A program made the translations under genes and the position numbers. Below, one piece after another: positions 37,065 through 45,055 of a stretch of DNA of 64,000 nt. Under the pieces are notes generated by a model. The model was given only the letters and a program-made list of their open reading frames with translations. It was not told the origin of the DNA and made no database searches. The DNA comes from Candidatus Latescibacterota bacterium (lineage in GTDB: Bacteria; Latescibacterota; UBA2968; UBA8231): positions 3,680,001 through 3,744,000 of the forward strand of contig OZ220089.1 in NCBI GenBank assembly GCA_964291625.2, given 5' to 3'. Each line of letters opens with the position of its first letter. Positions within the stretch are counted from its first letter, which is position 1.

Positions 37065-37999
37065 GGACCCGCTTCCAGGCGCTCCCATCCCCGGTCCTCG
37101 CGGTCGCCCTCGAACTCGCCGGGATGGAGGATCTCGGCGACGATCTCCGCCGACTCCACCAGGCGCGGCCCCGGGCGGTTGAAGAACTGGTTGCCGTCGG
37201 TGAGGAAGACCCGCCCCTCGCGCACGGCCCGCAGCCGGGACCATGCCGGCGGCCGGGTGAGCGCCGGCAGCTCCCGCCGCGAGCGGAGGATGTCGAAGCC
37301 GCAGGGCATGAGGAGGATGAACTCCGGCTGCGCCTCCTCCAGGGCTTCCCAGGACAGCCAGGGGGAGTGGGCCCCGGCGGCGGACAGGAGGTTGAGGCCG
37401 CCGGCGGCCTCCACCAGCTCGGGGATCCAGTTGCCGGCGGCCATGAGGGGCTCGAACCACTCGATGCAGACGACGGTGGGGCGCTCGTCGAGAGCCGTGG
37501 TCCGCGCCGCGAGCCGGTCGAGACGCTCCCGCAGTTCGGCCACCAGGGCGCGGCCTCGCGCCTCCACTTCCAGGGCTTCGGCGACCCGCCCGATGTCGGC
37601 CCACACATCCTCCAGGCGGTTGGGCTCCAGCGACAGGATCGACGGCCGCGAGCGCACCAGCCGGCCGGCCGCCTCCTCGACATCCTTGAGGCTGACGGCG
37701 CAGACCTCGCACTGGGACTGGGTCACCAGCCAGTCCGGGGCCAGCTCGTCGAGGAGGTCCGCGTCCACCCGGTAGACCGAGGCGGCCTCCTGCAGGATCG
37801 CCTTGACCCGCTGGTCGACCTGGTACGAGGTGCCGTCCGGGTCGAACTTGGGGGCCGTGCAGGCCGGCAGCTCCTCGACCCCGGGGGGATGGTCGCACTC
37901 GTGGGAGCGGCCCACGAGCAGATCGCGGCAGCCGAGGGCGCAGACGATCTCGGTGCTGCTCGGCAGGAGGGAGACGACGCGCATGGCGGACTCCGTCAT
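37061..37999 (-). CDS. Cobalamin-binding protein (BtuF-like), no evident signal peptide
   Basis: RVVSLLPSSTEIVCALG..LVGRSHECDHP, QCEVCAVS, FNRPGPRLVES. Confidence 0.85.
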   Translation of the reverse strand: MTESAMRVVSLLPSSTEIVCALGCRDLLVGRSHECDHPPGVEELPACTAPKFDPDGTSYQVDQRVKAILQEAASVYRVDADLLDELAPDWLVTQSQCEVCAVSLKDVEEAAGRLVRSRPSILSLEPNRLEDVWADIGRVAEALEVEARGRALVAELRERLDRLAARTTALDERPTVVCIEWFEPLMAAGNWIPELVEAAGGLNLLSAAGAHSPWLSWEALEEAQPEFILLMPCGFDILRSRRELPALTRPPAWSRLRAVREGRVFLTDGNQFFNRPGPRLVESAEIVAEILHPGEFEGDREDRGWERLEAGP

Positions 38000-39012
38000 C
38001 GGGTGGTCTCCGCCGGGGCGGCTCGCAGGTGACCGACCACCTCGTGGAGGCTGGCGCAGAGGCGCGGGCCCGCGGCGGTGCGCAGCCGCCAGGAAGGGCC
38101 GCCGCCGTGGCCGAGGACCTCGACGCACGGGGGCGTCTCGCGCCCCGCCTCGACGCGGAAGCCGGCCCGCTCCAGGGCGCGGGCCGTCCACCGGGCAGGG
38201 AGCCCCTCGCCCTCCAGGCCGACCTCGCCCTCCGGCTCCGGGTCCAGGCGGAAGGACCCGGTGGCCGGGTCGAAGTCCCCGAAGGTCTGCTGGAAGGCCC
38301 CGCTCAGCACCAGGTCCTCCGGAGCCCCGGTCTGCAGGGGGCCCCCGGGGGGCAGCAGCCACAGGCGATCGGCGCTGCGCAGGGCCAGCTCCAGGTCGTG
38401 GGTGGAGAGCAGCACGGCCCGGCCGCCCTCGCCGGCCAGGCGCCGCAGGAGCTGCACGATCTCCACCCGCCTCGGCAGGTCGAGGAAGGCCGTGGGCTCG
38501 TCGAGGAGGAGCACCGCCGGCTCCTGGGCCAGGGCCCGGGCGATGGTCACCTTCTGGCGCTCGCCATCGCTCAGCTCCCCCGCGCTGCGCGCCGCCAGCT
38601 CGCGGGCCCCCACCGCCTCCATGGCCCAGCGCACCACCTCCTCGTCCTCCGGCGACAGGCGGCCGTCCCAGCGGGTGTAGGGATGGCGGCCGAGCGCCGC
38701 CAGGGCGTAGGCCGACAGGTTCCCCGTGTCCACCCGCTCCGTGAGGACCAGGCCCAGGTGCCGCGCCCGCTCGCCCTCGCCCATGGCGTGCAGGTCGCGG
38801 CCGTGGAGGAGGACTTCGCCGGAGAGCGGCTTCTGCAGGCCGGCCAGGGTGCGCAGGAGGGTGGACTTGCCGGCGCCGTTGGGGCCCAGCAGGCAGACCA
38901 GCTCCCCCGCGTGCAACTCCACGCCGAGGTTGGCGGCCACCTCCACCCGGGGGCGCCGGCGGGGCGCGTAGCCGATGCCCAGGGCCCGAGTCTGCAGGAT
39001 GGCGTCGCCCAC
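37996..39012 (-). CDS. ABC transporter ATP-binding protein (BtuD/FhuC family)
   Basis: GPNGAGKST, LSDGERQ, LLLDEPTAFLD, STHD. Confidence 0.92.
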   Translation of the reverse strand: MGDAILQTRALGIGYAPRRRPRVEVAANLGVELHAGELVCLLGPNGAGKSTLLRTLAGLQKPLSGEVLLHGRDLHAMGEGERARHLGLVLTERVDTGNLSAYALAALGRHPYTRWDGRLSPEDEEVVRWAMEAVGARELAARSAGELSDGERQKVTIARALAQEPAVLLLDEPTAFLDLPRRVEIVQLLRRLAGEGGRAVLLSTHDLELALRSADRLWLLPPGGPLQTGAPEDLVLSGAFQQTFGDFDPATGSFRLDPEPEGEVGLEGEGLPARWTARALERAGFRVEAGRETPPCVEVLGHGGGPSWRLRTAAGPRLCASLHEVVGHLRAAPAETTR

Positions 39013-39017
39013 GGCGT

Positions 39018-40106
39018 TCAGGCGGCGAAGGCCTGCCGCAGGGTGCGGCGGCGCAGGATGATCCAGGTGACCACGGGGGCGCCGATGAGGGCGGTCACGG
39101 CGTTGAGGGGCAGGGTGGCCTGGCTGCCGGGCAGGCGCGCCGCCAGGTCGGCGCCCAGGGCCAGCATGGCGCCCAGGATCAGGGTGGCGGGCAGCAGCAC
39201 CCGGTGGTCGGAGGTGTTGAAGAGGGCGCGGCACAGGTGCGGCACCGCAACCCCCACGAAGCCGATGGGGCCGCAATAGGCGGTCACGGCGCCGGCCAGC
39301 AGGGCGGCGCTGGCGATGATCCACAGCCGCGCCCGGCGCGTCTCCAGGCCCATGCTGCGGGCATAGGTCTCGCCGAGGAGGAGGGCGTTGAGGGGCTTCA
39401 CCAGCAGGCCGGCGATCCCCAGGCCGGCGAGCACCACCGGCGCCAGCACGGCGAGCTGGCCCCAGGTGACGGCGCCGAAGCTGCCGAAGGTCCACAGGAC
39501 GTAGGTCTGCACCTGCTCGGGGATGCTGAAGTAGAGGAGGACGCTCACCAGGGCGGCGGTGAGGTAGCCGAACATGAGGCCGAGGATGAGCAGGGTCATG
39601 GCGTGCTCCAGGCGCCGGCCCACCAGCATCACCAGGCCCAGGACCAGGCCCGCTCCGGCCACGGCTGCGGCCACCACTCCGGCCTGCCCGAGGAGCCCGA
39701 GCCCGGCGAGGAGCCCGCCCCCGGTGACGCCGGTGCCCAGGACGACCAGGGCCACCCCCAGGCTGGCGCCGGCGCTGATGCCGAGGATGAAGGGGTCGGC
39801 CAGGGGGTTGCGGAAGAGGGTCTGCATCTGCAGGCCGCCGGCGCTCAGGGCGGCGCCGGCCAGGACCGCGGTGAGGGCGCGGGGCAGGCGGATGGCGAGG
39901 ACGATGTGGGTCCAGCTCTCCTTCTGGCCGGTCCCGTCCCAGAGGATGGCGATCACCGCGTCGAGGGGGATGGAGACCGACCCGAAGCCGAGGCTGAGGG
40001 CCAGCAGGCCGAGGAGGGCCGCCGCCAGGGCCGGGAAGAGTCCCCGGCGGGCGCCCAGGCGCGGCCAGGGGGGGCTGTCGGCCGCGGCGTCGGAAGAGGC
40101 GGACAC
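39018..40106 (-). CDS. FecCD/BtuC family ABC permease
   Basis: IRLPRAL, LFRNPLADPFILGISAGA, GPIGFVGVAVPHL. GTG start at 40106 is inferred. Confidence 0.9.
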   Translation of the reverse strand: MSASSDAAADSPPWPRLGARRGLFPALAAALLGLLALSLGFGSVSIPLDAVIAILWDGTGQKESWTHIVLAIRLPRALTAVLAGAALSAGGLQMQTLFRNPLADPFILGISAGASLGVALVVLGTGVTGGGLLAGLGLLGQAGVVAAAVAGAGLVLGLVMLVGRRLEHAMTLLILGLMFGYLTAALVSVLLYFSIPEQVQTYVLWTFGSFGAVTWGQLAVLAPVVLAGLGIAGLLVKPLNALLLGETYARSMGLETRRARLWIIASAALLAGAVTAYCGPIGFVGVAVPHLCRALFNTSDHRVLLPATLILGAMLALGADLAARLPGSQATLPLNAVTALIGAPVVTWIILRRRTLRQAFAA

Positions 40107-40293
40107 GGGTCGGTTCAGAGCCGTTCCGACGGCCGGATCTCTAATGGCAATTGAACGGCCACGTCCGCTTGTAACCCCTTGTACACGACGATAACTGTTT
40201 TTGGTGGCGGACATCCCATGACTAGTGGACTATGGAGAATAGAACGTCCAAGGTATACTCTAGTCCCGTTTCCATGGGCATAAGCGTTCTCGG

Positions 40294-41805
40294 ATGGAGA
40301 CTCCCGTGGACAAGGCAAAATGGAACCCCACCGGCCAGGCCTGGCTGAGGAGCGAGCTGAACCTGCCAGTCCCCGCGCCGGCGGTAGAGAGCTATGTCGG
40401 AGCAGGCGCGCGGCGAACCGAGGTGCGAGGCTCGCGAATCGTGGAGCGGTATCCGCGGCAGTACACCGGGGACGGTTCCATCGCGGCCCATCTCCGTTTC
40501 GCCCTGCGCCATGAGCCGGTCGATCTCGGGGTGCTGGTCCCGGCCCTCCAGGCCATCGAGCCGGCCGAGCTGGAGGCCTGGGCCAGGAGGGAACCCACGG
40601 GCGCCTTCAGCCGGCGCGCCTGGTTCTTCTACGAGACCTTCACCGGCCGGACCCTGGACCTGGAGGACGTCCGCGCCGGCAACTACGTCATGGCCCTCGA
40701 TCCCCGCAGGCACATCGTCTCCGAACGCCGCAATTCCCCGCGCCATCGCGTGGCCGACAACCTTCTCGGAGGTCCCGGTCTCTGCCCCACGGTCCGCCGC
40801 ACGCCCAGGCTGACGGAGCAGATCGGCATGCAGGTGGGCGGGGAGGGGCGCGCCCTCATCGAAAGCTGCGACCCGGTCATCCTCGCCCGGGCCGTCAACT
40901 ACCTCTACACCAAGGAGACGCGCTCCTCCTTCGCCATCGAGGGAGAGACCCCGGGTGCCCGGCGCACCGAGCGCTTCGTCGCCGCGCTCAGGGAGGCGCC
41001 GGACTTCGATCCGGCCGACATGGACGCCCTGGTGCGCCTGCAAGGGGAGATCGTCGACCCCCGGTACGCGGCAAGCGGCTGGCGCGGTTTCCAGAACTTC
41101 GTCGGCTCGACCGCGGGGGAGTACCGTGAGCAGGTGCACTTCATCTGCCCGCGCCCCGAAGACGTGGCCGACCTCATGCAGGCCTGGAGGAGATTGACCC
41201 GGCGCGTTGTCGAGGGGGGGGTCGATCCCGTGGTGGCGGCCGCGGTCTGCGCTTTCGCCTTCGTCTTCATCCACCCCTTCGAGGACGGGAACGGCCGCAT
41301 CCACCGCTTCCTGGTACATCACGTTCTCGCCAGGCGGGGGTTCAGTCCGCCCGGGGTCATCTTCCCCGTCTCCGCGGCCATACTCCGCGATCAGCGCAGC
41401 TACGAAGGGGTGCTCGAGACCTTCTCGCGGCCGATTCTCGAGTTCATCAAGTGGGACTGGACGGCAGGGCGGGAGATCGCCGTTGGCAACGAGACGGCAG
41501 ATCTCTACCGCTACTACGACGCCACCGCCTTCGCGGAGTACCTGTACGACCGCGTGGCCGACACGGTCCGCCGCGATCTCAAGGAGGAACTCGAATTCGT
41601 CGCCGTCTTCGACCGCGCCTTCGAAGCGGTGCGCGGGATCGTCGACATGCCGGACCGCCGGGCCTCCCTGTTCGTGCGCCTCTGCATGCAGAGCGGCCGG
41701 CTCTCGGCGGCGAAACGGCAGCGGTTCCCCGAGCTGCACGACGCGGAAGTCGCCGCCATGGAAGCGGCGGTCCGCGCTGCGGCGGAAGACGGGACCGGAC
41801 GCTGA
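40294..41805 (+). CDS. Fic family protein
   Basis: Canonical HPFEDGNGRIHR motif. AT-richer upstream region. Confidence 0.92.
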   Translation: METPVDKAKWNPTGQAWLRSELNLPVPAPAVESYVGAGARRTEVRGSRIVERYPRQYTGDGSIAAHLRFALRHEPVDLGVLVPALQAIEPAELEAWARREPTGAFSRRAWFFYETFTGRTLDLEDVRAGNYVMALDPRRHIVSERRNSPRHRVADNLLGGPGLCPTVRRTPRLTEQIGMQVGGEGRALIESCDPVILARAVNYLYTKETRSSFAIEGETPGARRTERFVAALREAPDFDPADMDALVRLQGEIVDPRYAASGWRGFQNFVGSTAGEYREQVHFICPRPEDVADLMQAWRRLTRRVVEGGVDPVVAAAVCAFAFVFIHPFEDGNGRIHRFLVHHVLARRGFSPPGVIFPVSAAILRDQRSYEGVLETFSRPILEFIKWDWTAGREIAVGNETADLYRYYDATAFAEYLYDRVADTVRRDLKEELEFVAVFDRAFEAVRGIVDMPDRRASLFVRLCMQSGRLSAAKRQRFPELHDAEVAAMEAAVRAAAEDGTGR

Positions 41806-41885
41806 GGGGGCGGAGGCACCGGCGCGGAACCGGCCGGGGCCATGGGGAGCGTCGGCCGCGGCGGCGGACGAGACGGGCGTGGTGC

Positions 41886-43043
41886 TCACTCCAGCCTCCG
41901 GTGGAAGTGCAGGGTGTGGTCGGGCAGGCGGTCGGGGTGGAGGATGCGGATGAAGTCGGCGAGGACGAGGTCGGGCCGGGAGATGCCCCTCTCCCAGTAG
42001 TCGTTGCCGCCGTGCTCGTTGAGCCGGGCGTTGGCGTTGTAGACCCTGCCCCCTTCGAAGGCGGCGAAGGCGGCGTAGCGCTCGTCGGCGGCCCTCACGT
42101 CGGCCAGCGACAGCCACTCGTTGCGCATGGTCAGCCAGAAGTCGGCGTCGTGGGCCTTCTCGTACACGGCCTCGAAGTCGAGGGGCAGGCTCTCCCGGGA
42201 GTCGTTCCCGGCCCACAGGTAGCGGCCGCCGGCGTCGGCGATCAGCTGCGCTGGATAGCTGCCGCCTCCGGAGACGTGCCAGGTGTCGCGCCACAGGGAT
42301 CCGCCGAAGACCGTGGGGCGTTCGTCGGCGGGCACGTCCTGCAACAGCTTCGCGAGGCTCCGGTAGCGGGCCTCGATCCCGGCGAAGCGCTGCTGGCCCA
42401 GGGCCTCGGCGTTGAAGAAGGCGGCGGTGAACTTGAGCCACTCGCTGCGGCCCAGAAGCGACGGTTCGGTGTACTCGGCGTTGATGGCCACGGTCACGCC
42501 GGCCTGCTCCAGCACCGGGTGGGCGTTGTACGGCGACTGGGCCGAGGCCACGGTCATGACCAGGTCGGTCTCCAGTTCCAGAACCACCTCGAGGTTTACC
42601 CCGGCGCCGTGGCCGATCTCGGCGATGGCGCCGTCGGCGAAGCGCTTGTTCACCCCCGGGGAGTGGACCATCTCGATGTCGCTGACGGCGACCAGGCTCT
42701 CCAGAAGGTCCAGCAACTCGAGGTGGGGCAGCTGCGTCGTGGAGAGGGCCGCCAACCGCCGGACGGGTATGGCGATCCGCCGGGCGCCCTCATGGCCCTC
42801 GGGGTCGGGAGTGCCGCACTGCACCAGCAGGTACCGCACGGGCTCCTCGGCGCCGGGCCAGGGGGTGTGCACGGTGACCAGCTTGTAGTGGCCGAAGTAC
42901 TCGATGGAGAAGCTCTCGGCGTGGCGCAGCTCCGCCTTGTGGGGGAAGTAGTCCGCCTCCGGGTTCCAGGCCTCGACGCACTCCGCCCGGCCCGCCGCCG
43001 GGGCGGCGAGGACGATCCACGCCCACAGGCATGTCCTACGCAT
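41886..43043 (-). CDS. ABC substrate-binding protein (cobalamin/iron-complex family)
   Basis: Signal peptide MRRTCLWAWIVLAAPAAG, EYTEPSLLGRSEWLKF, NDYWERG..RPDLVLAD.I.ILHP. Confidence 0.88.
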   Translation of the reverse strand: MRRTCLWAWIVLAAPAAGRAECVEAWNPEADYFPHKAELRHAESFSIEYFGHYKLVTVHTPWPGAEEPVRYLLVQCGTPDPEGHEGARRIAIPVRRLAALSTTQLPHLELLDLLESLVAVSDIEMVHSPGVNKRFADGAIAEIGHGAGVNLEVVLELETDLVMTVASAQSPYNAHPVLEQAGVTVAINAEYTEPSLLGRSEWLKFTAAFFNAEALGQQRFAGIEARYRSLAKLLQDVPADERPTVFGGSLWRDTWHVSGGGSYPAQLIADAGGRYLWAGNDSRESLPLDFEAVYEKAHDADFWLTMRNEWLSLADVRAADERYAAFAAFEGGRVYNANARLNEHGGNDYWERGISRPDLVLADFIRILHPDRLPDHTLHFHRRLE

Positions 43044-43614
43044 CTTCCCGCTCCCCGGCGGCGCCCGCCCCCGGCTCCCACAGCACGTCCGCCTCGCCGC
43101 CGTCGTTGGCGGCACGGGCCATGGCGAAGAGCAGGTCCGAGAGCCGGTTGAGATACTGCAGGGCCGGCTCTCCCACCGGCTCCTGGTCCGCCAGCTGCCA
43201 GGCGGCGCGCTCGGCCCGCCGGCACACGGTCCGCGCCAGGTGGAGCCAGGCCGCCGGCGGCCGCCCCCCGGGCAACACGAAGCTGCGCAGGGGAGCCAGA
43301 TCGCGGGTGAGCTGGTCGATCCGCCTCTCCAGGTAGTGGACCTGCTCCGGCTTCAGGCGCAGGCGCTCCTCCTCTCCTTCGGCCTGGGGCACGCACAGGT
43401 CGGCCCCCAGGTCGAAGAGGTCGTTCTGCACCCGGGCGAGGACCTCGTCGGGCCCGGCGCCGCTGCACCGGGCCAGGCCGATCACCGAGTTCAGCTCGTC
43501 CACGCAGCCGTAGGCGTCGATGCGGGCGCTCGTCTTGGGCACCTGCGACATGTCGCCGAGCCGCGTCAGGCCGCCGTCGCCCGTCTTCGTGTAGAGCCTC
43601 GATAGAGTGACCAT
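43036..43614 (-). CDS. pduO: ATP:cob(I)alamin adenosyltransferase, PduO type
   Basis: LYTKTGDGG.T, AYGCVDELNS, QNDLFDLGADL, ARTVCRRAER, YLNRLSDLLF. Confidence 0.93.
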   Translation of the reverse strand: MVTLSRLYTKTGDGGLTRLGDMSQVPKTSARIDAYGCVDELNSVIGLARCSGAGPDEVLARVQNDLFDLGADLCVPQAEGEEERLRLKPEQVHYLERRIDQLTRDLAPLRSFVLPGGRPPAAWLHLARTVCRRAERAAWQLADQEPVGEPALQYLNRLSDLLFAMARAANDGGEADVLWEPGAGAAGEREDA

Positions 43615-43632
43615 GGCGGTTCCTTCCTCCCT

Positions 43633-45036
43633 CTACTTGATCAGCATCACCTTGCCCGCCGCCCGCCGGTCGCCGGCGCGCAGGTGGACCAGGTAGGCGC
43701 CGTTGCCCACCGGCTGGCCGGCGTCGTCGCGGCCGTCCCATCTCAGGACGTGCCGCCCGGCCGCCGCGGGGCCATGGGCCAGGGTGCGGACGGTGCGGCC
43801 GAGCAGGTCGCGGACGGTCAACTCGACCGGGGTGTTGGAGTTGTCCACGGCCATGGGGATGTGCACGGAGGCGTTGAAGGGATTGGGCCAGGCCGCCTCG
43901 AGGGAGAACCCCCGCGGCCGGCCGCCGCCGGCGATCTCCTCGACGGCCGTGGGAGCCGCGTCACGGAGGACGACGAGGTGCATCGGCGGCAGGCCGGTGT
44001 TGACGGGGCCGGCCAGGAAGGCGCCCGTGGCCGCGTCGTAGAGCTTGAGCCCGGCGGCGTCCGGGTCGTCCCAGCTGCCGCGGTCGGCGACGATCAGGCG
44101 CTCTCCGTCGGCGGCCAGGTGCGGGATGAAGCCGCCGCTGATGCTCTCCAGGGGCTCGCCCACGGCGCCGGTCTCGAGATCGAAGGGCCTCACGCTGTTG
44201 GCGAAGCTCTCGTCCGCCACCACGGCGTAGCCCCGGTTCCCGTCGACGAGGACCATGGAGGTGATGTCGCCCCCGAGGTCCGCCTCGCTCACGGCAAGGC
44301 CGAGGCTGCGGTTGGCGGCCGTATCGACGATCTCCACCCCTCCGGCTCGATCTCCGAAGTTGACCACCACGCCCACGGCGATGCGGTCGCCGGAGACGGC
44401 CAGGCTGTTGGGATTGGCGGCGCTCAGGGCGATGCCCTGCACCCCTTCGGTATCCGGGTCCACGTCGACGAGGGTGTCGGTGGCCAGGTCGACGACGATC
44501 AGGTAGCTCACGTCCACCGGACCCCAGCCGCCGTTGCGGTCGAGGCGCTGGCAGCCCAGGTAGAGGCGCCCGCCGACGCGGACGATCTGCGAGACCTCGG
44601 GCAGGCCGTCGCCGTCGGCGAAGGCGCCCAGGTCGATCTCCCCGAGCTGCGCCCCGTCCCGGGGATCGACGATCAGCAGGGAGGCCGTCTCGTAGAGCGT
44701 CACGTAGGCCTTGTCGGGCGCCACGATCTCGATGTCGTGCGGGTTCGTCCCGTTGCCCACCGAGAACTGGGTCACGGGCGTGCGCAGGTCGGTCTCGTCC
44801 AGGACCAGGATGTTGTCCTGGCCGAGGCGGTTGACGACGTAGACGCGGCCCTCGTGGTAGTGTCCCGCGGCGTCGGAGTGAACGGCCAGCAGGTTGACCT
44901 CGGCCTCGGCGGCGCCGGCGGCCAGGAAGGCGGTGCTGCCGGTGGAGAAGTCGGTGGTGATGACGAAGAGGCCGCTCTGCGCCGACGACGGGACCGCCGT
45001 CAGCAGGAGGGCGGCGGCAAGGGAAAGCCGGTGCAC
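43633..45036 (-). CDS. Secreted YncE/BtuG-like beta-propeller with C-terminal FlgD-Ig sorting domain
   Basis: GTG start with signal peptide, VYVVNR...NPHDI...KAYVT, C-terminal AWPNPFNAS...WDGRDD.G..VGNG.Y. Lies directly after btuB. Confidence 0.75.
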   Translation of the reverse strand: MHRLSLAAALLLTAVPSSAQSGLFVITTDFSTGSTAFLAAGAAEAEVNLLAVHSDAAGHYHEGRVYVVNRLGQDNILVLDETDLRTPVTQFSVGNGTNPHDIEIVAPDKAYVTLYETASLLIVDPRDGAQLGEIDLGAFADGDGLPEVSQIVRVGGRLYLGCQRLDRNGGWGPVDVSYLIVVDLATDTLVDVDPDTEGVQGIALSAANPNSLAVSGDRIAVGVVVNFGDRAGGVEIVDTAANRSLGLAVSEADLGGDITSMVLVDGNRGYAVVADESFANSVRPFDLETGAVGEPLESISGGFIPHLAADGERLIVADRGSWDDPDAAGLKLYDAATGAFLAGPVNTGLPPMHLVVLRDAAPTAVEEIAGGGRPRGFSLEAAWPNPFNASVHIPMAVDNSNTPVELTVRDLLGRTVRTLAHGPAAAGRHVLRWDGRDDAGQPVGNGAYLVHLRAGDRRAAGKVMLIK

Positions 45037-45055
45037 GCAGGTCCTGCCTTTCGTT

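Noticed and set aside
40140-41850. Fic region as an IS or transposon
   Set aside because: No transposase or terminal inverted repeats were seen. It is reported only as an insertion with a degenerate direct repeat.
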